DNA of 32,675 bases from Guillardia theta CCMP2712 (taxonomy: Eukaryota > Protista > Cryptophyta). Location of the stretch: positions 88,414-121,088 of the forward strand of contig NW_005434516.1 of assembly GCF_000315625.1 (NCBI RefSeq). Direction: 5' to 3'. The position numbers and the translations under genes are program-made. The notes beneath the pieces were generated by a model that ran no database searches, was not told where the DNA came from, and saw only the letters and a list, made by a program, of their open reading frames with translations. Positions 20,605 through 32,675 of the stretch are shown piece after piece (within the stretch, counting starts at the first letter, position 1; the number at the start of each line of letters is the position of its first letter).

Positions 20605-23600
20605 ATGTCAAAAGTCGACTTCCTCCTCGAGCTCCCTATAGAGTGAGTCATCCGCTATCGCACTATATCTCTCACACTCTTCCCGCAGCATCTCCTCTGC
20701 CTCCCTCCATCCTGCTCGCTACCAGCCTCTCGAGAGCTTGCTTATCGCTGCTGAGATGCACAAGGACTCCTCCCAGCAGCTCATGGACGGCGCTCAGCAC
20801 AACGCTGCTGCCTCCTGCTCCCAGCGCTCCTCCTCCTGCATGCTGCAAGCCTCCCCAGTACCTCCCGGGCTTGCTTCCATGTCGGGCGTCCAGTACAAGC
20901 AGGAGATCCTCCCGACTCTGGAGCACTTGGTCCGGAGCTCCAACCTGATGATGATGCTTGACCCCTCCCGGTCCTCCGGCAACGCTTCTGCTCTCCCCTC
21001 CCTCCCCCTCCTCCCCCGAGACAGGAGCCTTCTGGATCTTCACGCCTACCCTCATGCTTCCCCCGTCTTGTCGGAGACGCCCGCCGCGTCTGTTGTGCGT
21101 CCTCTTGCCCAGCTAGCGACCTGCTCAGTGGTTCTGAGCAACTCGTTGGAGCTTGCGCAGCAGCGGGCCCTTCTGCAGCAGCTCCTGAGCCAGACCCTGA
21201 GCATGAACGCTGCCGCCAACAGCATGCTCAAGGAGAGGAAAGACCCGCAGCATGGCAGCCTGCTGGAGAAGCGGAGGGCGAGCGAGGAGGAAGGCATCGA
21301 CTACGCGCAGTGCCTCAAGAAGTCGAGGGTGGAGCAGGAGTCTTGCATGCACTCCCTGCAGCAGGCTCTGAGGAAGGAGCTCGGAGCTGCTTCTTCGCAG
21401 CCTGCTCTCCTCAAGGCCGAGCATCGGTTTGTGTCGCGCAAGCGCCTGGGGATCGTGCATGACCGACGGGGGAGGCTGAGGGAGGTGGAGGACTTGTTCC
21501 TCGACTGCCCGCTCATGCGCCCCTACATCGAGATGGGATACAGCGCTCAGGTAGCACGCGAGAGGAGGAAGGAGACAAGGGGACAAGATGAGCTCAAGGA
21601 TAGAGAATGGAGGAAGATCGAAAGTTCGAGGAAGGAGGCAGCCGCGGGGAAGAGCAAGGATCAAAAGAGGAGGGAAAGAGGAGAAGGAGGAGGAGGAGGA
21701 GGAGGAGGAGGAGCTGATTTGATCTTTCAGTCTGTCCTCGCAGCCTTCGCAGACGCCCGCGGGCCGCTGCTGATGGCGATCAAGGAGGTGGCGACCGCCT
21801 GCCAGGGCTGTGCTGGTAGCTGGGGAACGAAGGAGGCGCAAGGGAACATCCTGGCGTCGATCGAGGCTCGCAAGATCCGGCAGACGGATACTTGGATGAG
21901 CATAGAGCTGGATGCTGGTAGGACGAGCAACGGGCAGCAGCTGCGGGTTGCTGACCTGCTCGTGAGCAGAGAGCGGGAAGAGGAAAGAGATCATGTTTGG
22001 ATCCCGGCTGGCGGAGCTTCTTGGGGTGACGACTGAAGAGCTCATGTGCAGGTGACAACACCCCCTCTCGTTTCCCGCACACCTTCCCTTCATTCATCTT
22101 CTTCTTCCCTTCTCTTTCCTCCGTTTGGTTTAGCCCTTGCATCGTTTCTTTCCCTGTCTTTTCCCTGTCTCCTCCCTCACGTCCTAACGCATTCCTCTAC
22201 GCTTCTCCTGTCTGACCGCAACCCATCAGGTTCAGAAGTCACTCCGCCCCTCTCCCCTGCAGGTGATAGGATCCTTCTGCTGGTCCCTCTCCCCTCACTG
22301 ACGGGAGAACAGCGAGATCGACTTCATCTGCTACCTCGTCGACGATATGGTCAGCTACTTACAAGCTCCTCCTCCCTCTCTCCTTCCTCCCTCCTCTCGC
22401 TCTGCTTGGTCATACCCATCCTTCATCCTCCTTCTCTCTTCGTTTGCTGCTGCTCTTACTCCTTCCTCTTGCTTCTGCTGCTGCCCCTCTTCCTTTACTT
22501 TGCTCACTGCCTCATCGCATCCATCTTGACTAGCATCGCTCACGCGTCTTCCTCTAGCTGTCAAGACGTCAGGCCATTACAACTCACCTCCTGGTGCACT
22601 CGAGGGGCTCAAACTGGATGAAGCCGGTAAGAAGGCGATGGTAGCAAGAGGTCGTGAGGCTTGACGTGTGCGGTAGGTGAAGGACTCGGAAGAGAGCGGT
22701 AACACTCTAGAGAAGGTACATGTCCATTCTGTCCTGTCGTTTCCTCTCACCTGTCCTGTCCTGTCTCTTCTTGTCTTCATCTTTTCCATGCTGCTCGCTT
22801 TGCTCTCCTCCTCTCGTCTGCTCTATCTTTGTTTGCGTCTGCAGAGTACCAAGATCTCACCAGCTTTCCTCAGATCTCCACAAGCCATTCAGATGCATCC
22901 GAGGTCCGAGCCTCATCTCCTTGACTTCGTCCTTTCCTTGTTCTCTCCTCCTCTGCTCTTCTCCCCCCTTCCCCTTCCTTGTCTGGCCCCCTTCTTCCAT
23001 ATCTTGTCCCATTCGCTGATCGCTTACTCCAGATGCTCTCCATCACTCACATCAGGGAGCACGATACCCTGGGACGTCTCGTGCGTTTGACAACCTTCTA
23101 CACGCATGCGACTGAGGTCAGACATTCGCGTCCTCCTCTCCATCCACCGTCTCTGCTCCGTCAGCCTGTCTGCTTCCTACGTTATCTTTCCTTTCCCTCC
23201 TTCTTCGCTTTCGTCTCCTCCTCCTCCTCCTCCTGAACCTTCTCCTCTTCCTCCTTCCCATCTTCCACCTGAGTTGACAGCTCTCTCATCATCTGCTTCA
23301 CTTCAGGATCAGTACAACGCTGCCATCTCGCGCAGTCTCCCTCCTCTTACGCTCCACTTGAGAGAACAAGCAGGGTTCAAGTAAGGCTCTCCTGCTCTTG
23401 CCCTCCAACACCTCCCAACTTCAGCAGCTAGTCTTCTCTCGCTTCCTCTTGTCCCTGCACTCGTTTATCCCTCCTGTTGCTTCTTCTCATGGCTTTTTGT
23501 CTTGTTATATCTTCTTTCTTGGGTCATCTCTGCAAACAAGCAAATCCTCCTTCTCCTTTTCTCTTCCTCCTCCTCCTCGTTTTCCTCCTGTTCCTCCCCC

Positions 23601-23868
23601 TTCACTTGTCTTCTCCTCCTGGTCGTGATCTTGTATTTCAGAAACCTTCTGTGGAGGCAGAAGATCGCCATGCAGTGCGTGGGAAGGATCTTGCACATCA
23701 AGAAATCGCCTGAGGGCAGGTGAGCCTCTTTCCCCCCCTCTTCCCCTCTTCTCATGCTTCATTCTCCTCGTCTTCCTTACTTGTGCTTGTCTCAGGGCGA
23801 AGCTTCTCGCACTCTCACAGTCTATCACTGAGCGTCTCAACACCCTCAAGGAGTCCAGAAGCTTCTAG
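20605..23868 (+). CDS. Uncharacterised 13-exon protein (~565 aa), copy 1; putative nuclear regulator with a PAS-like C-terminal region
   Basis: Phase-consistent GT-AG splicing: MSKVDFLLELPID|ISS...LESLLIAAEMHK...YSAQ|SVL...WMSIELDAE|SGKRKEIMFGSRLAELLGVTTEELMCR|FRSHSAPLPCS|EIDFICYLVDDM|LSRR...WMKP|VKDS...LEK|YQDL...ASE|MLSITHIREHDTLGRLVRLTTFYTHATE|DQYN...GFK|NLLW...EGR|AKLL...RSF*. Exons are more conserved than introns across copies. The exon 9 acceptor is altered in this copy. Function is inference. Confidence 0.8.
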
Positions 23869-24945
23869 CATCAGGAGCAGCAGCAGGAGAAGGAGAAGGA
23901 GGAGTGTAAAGAAGAGGACGGGATTCTATAGCTACCGAGCTTGTGTCACATTAACTTGCGATCTACTGCATGTTGTTAAATTTCATTTCTTGTTGTTGTC
24001 TACCGCCGTATGTATTAAACCAGGCATGATCCGACCATCTTCCTGCTACAGGATACATCTTGGATGCAGCATGTGCAATGCTGGGGATCAACCCCGATGT
24101 TGATGGCGTTGGAAGACCTGTCGCACCTCCTTGCTCAAGGGTTCGTTCTGTATCCCGACGGAGCAAACAGAGTCCACGAGAGCAGGATACAGACTGAGAG
24201 AAGGAGGGAGCGACAGAGGAAGGGGAAGAGGATAGCAGGGAAAGGAGTGGAGGAGAAGAGCTCAGGATCAGCAGCAGACGACGGTGGCAGGAGGGAAGAA
24301 CACTGGAAGAACTGAGGGAAGAAGGGGGGGAAGGGGGAGGAGGGGCAGAAGGAAGGGAAGGAGGGGAAGGAGGGGGAGGAGGCTGGGAAGGAGGGGTAAA
24401 GGGAGGGGAAGGAGGGAGAGAAAGAGGGGGGGGAGGAGGGGGAGGAGGCCAGGGAGGAGGGGTAGAAGGAGGGGGAGGAGGGATAGAAGGACTCCGGGGG
24501 AAGGAGGGGGGAGGAGGGGTTACAAGTTTAAGTTCCGTGAGCAGCAACAGGTAGGGCCCAAACCCCCGGGGACTATTAGTAGTCAGTTTATTCCCCTCCC
24601 CGACAATCCCCAGTATCCCTCCCCGCATGCGAGAGAGACGCTAAGGAGAGAGCGACAGAAAGGAGCGCGCAAGAGATGAGGAAGAGGAGGAGGAGAGGCT
24701 TAAAAGAGAAGAAGAGGCTCAGAGCGGAGAAGACATCGGAGGGAAATGGTCGCACACAAATTGGAAGGAAGTTGTTAGCAGGTTATTGTGAATGTTACGA
24801 AATTCGAGTCTAGCAAGACAAAGCTTGACGCGAGACAACGTCGCTCTATCTTCACGCGCACTGCCGCTGGATCTGTGCTCCGTTGACCATCACATGCGTC
24901 TGACGCTGAGATCCAGGCGAAACAAGGCTGCAAGGGCATAGCACA

Positions 24946-27900
24946 ATGTCAAAAGTCGACTTCCTCCTCGAGCTCCCTATAGAGTGAGTCATTCGCTATC
25001 GCACTACATCTCTCACACTCTTCCCGCAGCATCTCCTCTGCCTCCCTCCATCCTGCTCGCTACCAGCCTCTCGAAAGCTTGCTTATCGCTGCTGAGATGC
25101 ACAAGGACTCCTCCCAGCAGCTCATGGACGGCGCTCAGCACAACGCTGCTGCCTCCTGCTCCCAGCGCTCCTCCTCCTGCATGCTGCAAGCCTCCCCAGT
25201 ACCTCCCGGGCTTGCTTCCATGTCGGGCGTCCAGTACAAGCAGGAGATCCTCCCGACGCTGGAGCACCTGGTCCGGAGCTCCAACCTGATGATGATGCTT
25301 GACCCCTCCCGGTCCTCCGGCAACGCTTCTGCTCTCCCCTCCCTCCCCCTCCTCTCCCGAGACAGGAGCCTTCTGGATCTTCACGCCTACCCTCATGCTT
25401 CCCCCGTCTTGTCGGAGACGCCCGCCGCGTCTGTTGTGCGTCCTCTTGCCCAGCTAGCGACCTGCTCAGTGGTTCTGAGCAACTCGTTGGAGCTTGCGCA
25501 GCAGCGGGCCCTTCTGCAGCAGCTCCTGAGCCAGACCCTGAGCATGAACGCTGCCGCCAACAGCATGCTCAAGGAGAGGAAAGACCAGAAGCAGGGCAGC
25601 CTGCTGGAGAAGCGGAGGGCGAGCGAGGAGGAAGGCATCGACTACGCGCAGTGCCTCAAGAAGTCGAGGGTGGAGCAGGAGTCTTGCATGCACTCCCTGC
25701 AGCAGGCTCTGAGGAAGGAGCTCGGAGCTGCTTCTTCGCAGCCTGCTCTCCTCAAGGCCGAGCATCGGTTTGTGTCGCGCAAGCGCCTGGGGATCGTGCA
25801 TGACCGACGGGGAAGGCTGAGGGAGGTGGAGGACTTGTTCCTCGACTGCCCGCTCATGCGCCCCTACATCGAGATGGGATACAGCGCTCAGGTAGCACGC
25901 GAGAGGAGGAAGGAGACAAGGGGGAGGATAAGCTCAAGGATAGAGCATGGAGGGAGGTCGAAAGTGCAAGGCAGCAGGCAGGCGAGGGAAAGAGGATGGA
26001 TCTACAGAGGAGGGAAAGAGGAGAAGGAGGAGGAGGAGGAGCTGATTTGATCTTTCAGTCTGTCCTCGCAGCCTTCGCAGATGCCCGCGGGCCGCTGCTG
26101 ATGGCGATCAAGGAGGTGGCGACCGCCTGCCAGGGCTGTGCTAGCAGCTGGGGAACGAAGGAGGCGCAAGGGAACATCCTGGCGTCGATCGAGGCTCGCA
26201 AGATCCGGCAGACGGACACTTGGATGAGCATAGAGCTGGATGCTGGTAGGACGAGCAACGGGCAGCAGCTGCGGGTTGCTGACCTGCTCGTGAGCAGAGA
26301 GCGGGAAGAGGAAGGAGATCATTTTTGGATCCCGGCTGGCGGAGCTTCTTGGGGTGACGACTGAAGAGCTCATGTGCAGGTGACGACACTCCCTCTCGCC
26401 TCCCGCACACCTTCCCTTCATCCTTCTTCTCCTTCCCTCCTCTCTTCTGCGTTAATGCTAGCCCTTGAATCGTTTCTCTCTCTGTTTTCTTCCTCCCTTC
26501 CTACTCCCTCCCTCCCTCACGCACTCTTGCTCGTCTGCTCCTGTCTGACCGCAACCCATCAGGTTCAGAAGTCACTCCGCCCCTCTCCCCTGCAGGTGAT
26601 AGGATCCTCCTCCTCGTTCCTCTCCCCTCACTGACGGAAGAACAGCGAGATCGACTTCATCTGCTACCTCGTCGACGATATGGTCAGCTGCTTACAAGAT
26701 CTTCCTCCCTCTCTCCTTCCTCTCTCCTGTCTCATACCCATCCTTCATCCTCCTCCTCTCTTCGTTTGCTGCTACTCCTACTCCTTCCTCTTGCTTCTGA
26801 TGCTGCTGCTCTTCCTTCACATTGCTCACTGCCTCATCGCATCAATCTTGGCCAGCATCGCTCACGCGTCTTTCCCTAGCTCTCAAGACGTCAGGCCATT
26901 ACAACTCACCTCCTGGTGCACTCGAGGGGCTCAAACTGGATGAAGCCGGTAACAAGGCGATGGTAGCAAGAGGTTGTGAGGCTTGACGTGTGCGGTAGGT
27001 GAAGGACTCGGAAGAGAGCGGTAACACTCTAGAGAAGGTATATGTCCTTTCTGTCCTGTCGTGTCCTGTCCTGTCTCTTCTTGTCTTCATCTTTCCCATG
27101 CTGCTCGCTTTGATCTCCTCCTCTCGTCTGCTCTACCTTTGTTTGCGTCCGCACAGTACCAAGATCTCACCAGCTTTCCTCAGATCTCCACAAGCCATTC
27201 AGATGCATCCGAGGTCCGAGCCTCATCTCCTTGACTTCGTCCTTTCCTTGTTCTCTCCTCCTCTTGTCTTCTCCCCCTTCCCCCCTTTACCTTGCTTGTC
27301 TGATCGCTTATTCCAGATGCTCTCCATCACTCACATCAGGGAGCACGATACCCTGGGACGTCTCGTGCGTTTGACAACCTTCTACACGCATGCGACTGAG
27401 GTCAGACATTCGCGTCCTCCTCTCCATCCACCGTCTCTGCTCCGTCAGCCTTTCTGCCTCCTACGTCATCTTTCCTTTCCCTCCTTCTCCTCCTCCTCCT
27501 CCTCCTCCTCCTTCTCCTGCTCTTCCTCCTTTCCAGTTTCCACCTGAGTTGACAGCTCTCTCATCATCTGCTTCACTTCAGGATCAGTACAACGCTGCCA
27601 TCTCGCGCAGTCTCCCTCCTCTTACGCTCCACCTGAGAGAACAAGCAGGGTTCAAGTAAGGCTCTCCTGCTCTTGCCCTCCACAACCTCCAACTCCAGCA
27701 GCTAGTTCTCTCTCCTTTGCTCTTGTCCCTGCACTCGTTTGTCCCTCCTGTTGCTCCTTGTCATGGCTTTTTTCCTTTTTATTTCTTCTTTCTTGTGTCA
27801 TCTCTGCAGACCAGACAATCCTCCTCCTCTTCTCCTTCTCCTTCTCCTTCACCTTCAGTTGTCTTCTTCTCCGCCTCCTTCACTTGTCTGATCCTCTTGG

Positions 27901-28145
27901 ACCTGATCTTGTATTTCAGAAACCTTCTGTGGAGGCAGAAGATCGCCATGCAGTGCGTGGGGAGGATCTTGCACATCAAGAAATCGCCTGAGGGCAGGTG
28001 AGCCTCCTTCCCCCCTCCTTCCCTTTTCTCATGCTTCATTCTTCTCGTCGTCCTCACTTCTGCTCGTCTCAGGGCGAAGCTTCTCGCACTCTCACAGTCT
28101 ATCACTGAGCGTCTCAACACCCTCAAGGAGTCCAGAAGCTGCTAG
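24946..28145 (+). CDS. Uncharacterised 13-exon protein, copy 2 (appears intact)
   Basis: Same exon chain and canonical splice sites; ends ...KESRSC*. Confidence 0.82.
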
Positions 28146-28686
28146 TATCAGGAGCAGCAGCAGGAGAAGGGGAAGGAGAAGGAGGAGTGTAAAGAAGAGG
28201 ACGGGATTCTATAGCTACCGAGCTTGTGTCACATTAACTTGCGATCTACTGCATGTTGTTAAATTTCATTTCTTGTTGTTGTCTACCGCCGTATGTATTA
28301 AACCAGGCATGATCCGACCATCTTCCTGCTACAGGATACATCTTCGATGCAGCATGTGCCATGCTCGATTCAACCCCGATGTTGATGGCGTTGGAAGACC
28401 TGTCGCGCTTCCTTGCTCAAGGGTTCGTTCTGTATCTCGACGGAGCAAACAGAGTCCACGAGAGCAGATAGAAACTGAGAGAAGGAGGGAGCGACAGAGG
28501 AAGGGGAGGAGGATAGCAGGGAAAGGAGAGGAGGAGAAGAGCTCAGGATCAGCGGCAGCTGACGGTGGCAGGAGGGAAGAACAGAGGGAAGAACTGCAGG
28601 TGCAATGGGGGAGGGGGGCAGGAGCAATGGGGGCAGGAGCTGGGCACAGCGCTGGGCGCACCGGTGGGCTGCAGAGTGGGTGCAGA

Positions 28687-28786
28687 NNNNNNNNNNNNNN
28701 NNNNNNNNNNNNNNNNNNNNNNNNNNNNNNNNNNNNNNNNNNNNNNNNNNNNNNNNNNNNNNNNNNNNNNNNNNNNNNNNNNNNNN
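28687..28786. other. Assembly gap (100 N)
   Basis: N run within the G-rich spacer between copies 2 and 3. Confidence 0.95.
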
Positions 28787-29382
28787 GAGGAGGGGCAGGA
28801 TGAGCAGCAGGATGAGGGGCAGGATGAGGGGTAGCTGGAGGGGTAGAAGGAGGGGGAGGAGGGGGAGGAGGGGCAGAAGGAGGGGAAAGAGGGGGAGGAG
28901 GGGCAGGATGAGGGGTAGAAGGAGGGCAAGGAGGGGGAGGAGGGGTCCATGTTCCGTGAGCAGCAACAGCCTGGGTACGGTAGGGCCCAAACCCCCGGGG
29001 ACTATTAGTAGTCAGTTTATTCCCCTCCCCGACAATCCCCAGTATCCCTCCCCGCATGCGAGAGAGACGCTAAGGAGAGAGCGACAGGAAGCAGCGCGCC
29101 GGAGATGAGGAAGAGGAGTAGGGAAATCTTAGAAGAGGAGGCCCTCGAGAGGCTCAGAGCGGAGAAGAGATCGGAGGGAAGGGTCAGCAAACTCACGTTG
29201 GAGGGAAGTTGTTAGCAGGTTATTGTGAATGTTACGAAATTCGAGTCTAGCAAGACAAAGCTTGACGCGAGACAACGTCGCTCTATCTTCACGCGCACTG
29301 CCGCTGGATCTGTGCTCCGTTGACCATCACATGCGTCTGACGCTGAGATCCAGGTGAAACAAGGCTGCAAGGGCATAGCACA

Positions 29383-32300
29383 ATGTCAAAAGTCGACTTC
29401 CTCCTCGAGCTCCCTATAGAGTGAGTCATTCGCTATCGCACTATATCTCTCACACTCTTCCCGCAGCATCTCCTCTGCCTCCCTCCATCCTGCTCGCTAC
29501 CAGCCTCTCGAGAGCTTGCTTATCGCTGCTGAGATGCACAAGGACTCCTCCCAGCAGCTCATGGACGGCGCTCAGCACAACGCTGCTGCCTCCTGCTCCT
29601 GCCAGGTGCAAGCCTCCACAGTACCTCCCGGGCTTGCTTCCATGTCGGGCGTCCAGTACAAGCAGGAGATCCTCCCGACTCTGGAGCACTTGGTCCGGAG
29701 CTCCAACCTGATGATGATGCTTGACCCCTCCCGGTCCTCCGGCAACGCTTCTGCTCTCCCCTCCCTCCCCCTCCTCTCCCGAGACAGGAGCCTTCTGGAT
29801 CTTCACGCCTACCCTCATGCTTCCCCCGTCTTGTCGGAGACGCCTGCCGCGTCTGTTGTTCGTCCTCTTGCCCAGCTAGCGACCTGCTCAGTGGTTCTGA
29901 GCAACTCGTTGGAGCTTGCGCAGCAGCGGACCCTTCTGCAGCAGCTCCTGAGCCAGACCCTGAGCATGAACGCTGCCGCCAACAGCATGCTCAAGGAGAG
30001 GAAAGACCAGCAGCAGGGCAGCCTGCTGGAGAAGCGGAGGGCGAGCGAGGAGGAAGGCATCGACTACGCGCAGTGCCTCAAGAAGTCGAGGGTGGAGCAG
30101 GAGTCTTGCATGCACTCCCTCCAGCAGGCTCTGAGGAAGGAGCTCGGAGCTGCTTCTTCGCAGCCTGCTCTCCTCAAGGCCGAGCATCGGTTTGTGTCGC
30201 GCAAGCGCCTGGGTATCGTGCATGACCGACGGGGGAGGCTGAGGGAGGTGGAGGACTTGTTCCTCGACTGCCCGCTCATGCGCCCCTACATCGAGATGGG
30301 ATACAGCGCTCAGGTAGCACGCGAGAGGAGCAAGGAGACAAGGGGGAGGATAAGCTCAAGGATAGAGCATGGAGGGAGGTCGAAAGTGCAAGGCAGCAGG
30401 CAGGCGAGGGAAAGAGGATGGATCTACAGAGGAGGAAAAGAGGAGAAGGAGGAGNNNNNNNNNNNNNNNNNNNNNNNNNNNNNNNNNNNNNNNNNNNNNN
30501 NNNNNNNNNNNNNNNNNNNNNNNNNNNNNNNNNNNNNNNNNNNNNNNNNNNNNNNNNNNNNNNNNNNNNNNNNNNNNNNNNNNNNNNNNNNNNNNNNNNN
30601 NNNNNNNNNGAGGCTCGCAAGATCCGGCAGACTGAACACTTGGATGAGCATAGAGCTGGATGCTGGTAGGACGAGCAACGGGCAGCAGCTGCCGAGTTGC
30701 TGACCTGCTCGTGAGCAGAGAGCGGGAAGAGGAAGGAGATCATGTTTGGATCCCGGCTGGCGGAGCTTCTTGGGGTGACGACTGAAGAGCTCATGTGCAG
30801 GTGACAACACTCCCTCTCGCCTCCCGCACACCTTCCCTTCATCCTCTCTTCTTCCCTCCTCTCACCTCCGTTTGTCCTAGCCCTTGCATCGTTTCTTTCT
30901 CTGTTTTCTTCCTCCCTACTCCCTCACGCACTCTTGCTAGTCTGCTCCTGTCTGACCGCAACCCATCAGGTTCAGAAGTCACTCCGCCCCTCTCCCGTGC
31001 AGGTGATAGGATCCTCCTCCTCGTCCCTCTCCCCTCACTGACGGGAGAACAGCGAGATCGACTTCATCTGCTACCTCGTCGACGATATGGTCGGCTGCTT
31101 ACAAGCTCCTCCCCCCTCTCTCCTTCCTCCCCTCCTCTCTTCGTTTGCTGCTGCTCTTACTCCTTCCTCCTGCTTCTGCTGCTGCTGCTCTTCCTTCACA
31201 TTGCTCACTGCCTCATCGCATCAATCTTGGCCAGCATCGCTCACGCGTCTTTCCCTAGCTCTCAAGACGTCAGGCCATTACAACTCACCTCCTGGTGCAC
31301 TCGAGGGGCTCAAACTGGATGAAGCCGGTAACAAGGCGATGGTAGCAAGAGGTTGTGAGGCTTGACGTGTGCGGTAGGTGAAGGACTCGGAAGAGAGCGG
31401 TAACACTCTAGAGAAGGTATATGTCCTTTCTGTCCTGTCGTGTCCTGTCCTGTCTCTTCTTGTCTTCATCTTTCCCGTGCTGCTCGCTTTGCTCTCCTCC
31501 TCTCGTCTGCTCTACCTTTGTTCGCGTCAGCACAGTACCAAGATCTCACCAGCTTTCCTCAGATCTCCACAAGCCATTCAGATGCATCCGAGGTCCGAGC
31601 TTCATCTCCTTGATTTCGTCCTTTCCTTGTTCTCTCCTCCTCTGCTCTTCTCCCCCCTTCCCCTTCCTTGTCTGGCCTGCCTCTCCCAAACCTTCACCCA
31701 TTCGCTGATCGCTTACTCCAGATGCTCTCCATCACTCACATCAGGGAGCACGATACCCTGGGACGTCTCGTGCGTTTGACAACCTTCTACACGCATGCGA
31801 CTGAGGTCAGACATTCGCGTCCTCCTCTCCATCCACCGTCTCTGCTCCGTCTGCTCGTCTCCCTCCTACGTCATCTTTCCTTTCCCTCCTTCTCCCCCTT
31901 CGCCTCCTCCTCCTGAACCTCGTCTTTTCCATCTTCCACCTGAGTTGACAGCTCTCTCATCATCTGCACTCACTTCAGGATCAGTACAACGCTGCCATCT
32001 CGCGCAGTCTCCCTCCTCTTACCCTCCACCTGAGAGAACAAGCAGGGTTCAAGTAAGGCTCTCCTGCTCTTGCACTCCACCTCCAACTCCAGCAGCTAGT
32101 CCTCTCTGTGTCTCTTCTTGTCCCTGCACTCGTTTGTCCCTCCTGTTGCGTCTTCTCATGGCTTTTTTCCTTGTTATATCTTCTTTCTTGTTTCATCTCT
32201 GCAAACCAGCAAATCCTCCTTTTCTCCTCCTCCTCCTCCTCCTACTCTCCTTGCTCCTCCTCCTCCTCCTCTTCCTCTTCCTCCTCCTCCTCCTCCTCCT

Positions 32301-32675
32301 CCTGTTTCCCCTCCTTCACTTGTCTTCTCCTCCTGGTCGTGATCTTGTATTTCAGAAACCTTCTGTGGAGGCAGAAGATCGCCATGCAGTGCGTGGGAAG
32401 GATCTTGCACATCAAGAAATCGCCTGAGGGCAGGTGAGCCTCTTCCCCCCTCCCGCTTTTCCTTGGCCATTTTCTTGTTCTTCTACTCGATCACCCCCCC
32501 TCCCCCTCCACTTGCTCTCCCTTCTTTTGGCCCTTCTCCGCCTTCTCCTCCTCCCCTCTTCTCATTCTTCATTCTTCTCGTCTTCCTTACTTCTGCTCGT
32601 CTCAGGGCGAAGCTTCTCGCACTCTCACAGTCTATCACTGAGCGTCTCAACACCCTCAAGGAGTCCAAAGGCTGC
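29383..32675 (+). CDS. Uncharacterised 13-exon protein, copy 3 (window ends just before the expected stop; exon 3 mostly in the gap)
   Basis: Same exon chain. There is a 15-bp in-frame deletion near 29600 and an apparent +1 base near 30635 next to the gap. Confidence 0.72.
30455..30609. other. Assembly gap (155 N)
   Basis: N run; size is similar to the homologous stretch in copy 2. Confidence 0.95.

Larger units (their letters stand above)
20262..32675 (+). repeat. Tandem segmental triplication: units 20262-24588, 24589-29017 and 29018->32675
   Basis: Each unit starts TATTCCCCTCCCCGACA. Exons are nearly identical and introns are moderately diverged. Confidence 0.97.

Noticed and set aside
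20634-20652. CCCTATAGAGTGAGTCA resembling a reversed T7 promoter or an AP-1 site
   Set aside because: Imperfect match present in all three copies; explained as the exon 1 end plus a GTGAGT donor.
23963-24628. Pro-rich minus-strand ORFs (also 28329-29057)
   Set aside because: Driven by G-rich spacer repeats that differ greatly between units; only the short terminal exon candidate was retained.
30610-30700. Frameshift making copy 3 a pseudogene
   Set aside because: Single-base insertions cluster right beside an N gap, so low-quality sequence is more likely; needs read check.

Overview
Eukaryotic, intron-dense genomic DNA. Short GT-AG introns filled with purine/pyrimidine microsatellites and a signal peptide followed by Phe suggest an alga with a red-derived complex plastid, most likely a cryptophyte (inference). 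Exons were spliced by hand. In order, the window holds: (1) the 3' end of a SpoU/TrmH-family (Trm3/TARBP1-like) tRNA 2'-O-methyltransferase; (2) a conserved WD40-like gene with a GC-AG intron; (3) the first of two genes sharing a ~99% identical 685-bp tandem-PAS-like cassette with unrelated N-termini and different membrane tails (the second is at 17.4-18.8 kb); (4) an orphan acidic ORF; (5) a ~25-exon HflX GTPase on the minus strand, probably plastid-targeted; (6) a ~4.3-4.4 kb tandem triplication of a 13-exon uncharacterised gene with nuclear-regulator-like motifs and a PAS-like region. Intergenic DNA has a recurring layout: GC-rich, palindrome-dense islands flanked by GGGGTA/TACCCC-rich zones. 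One island is bracketed by a ~29-bp inverted motif that recurs elsewhere, and two islands share a 35-bp core differing only by 4-nt insertions. There are three N gaps. No database searches were run; family calls come from recognised motifs.
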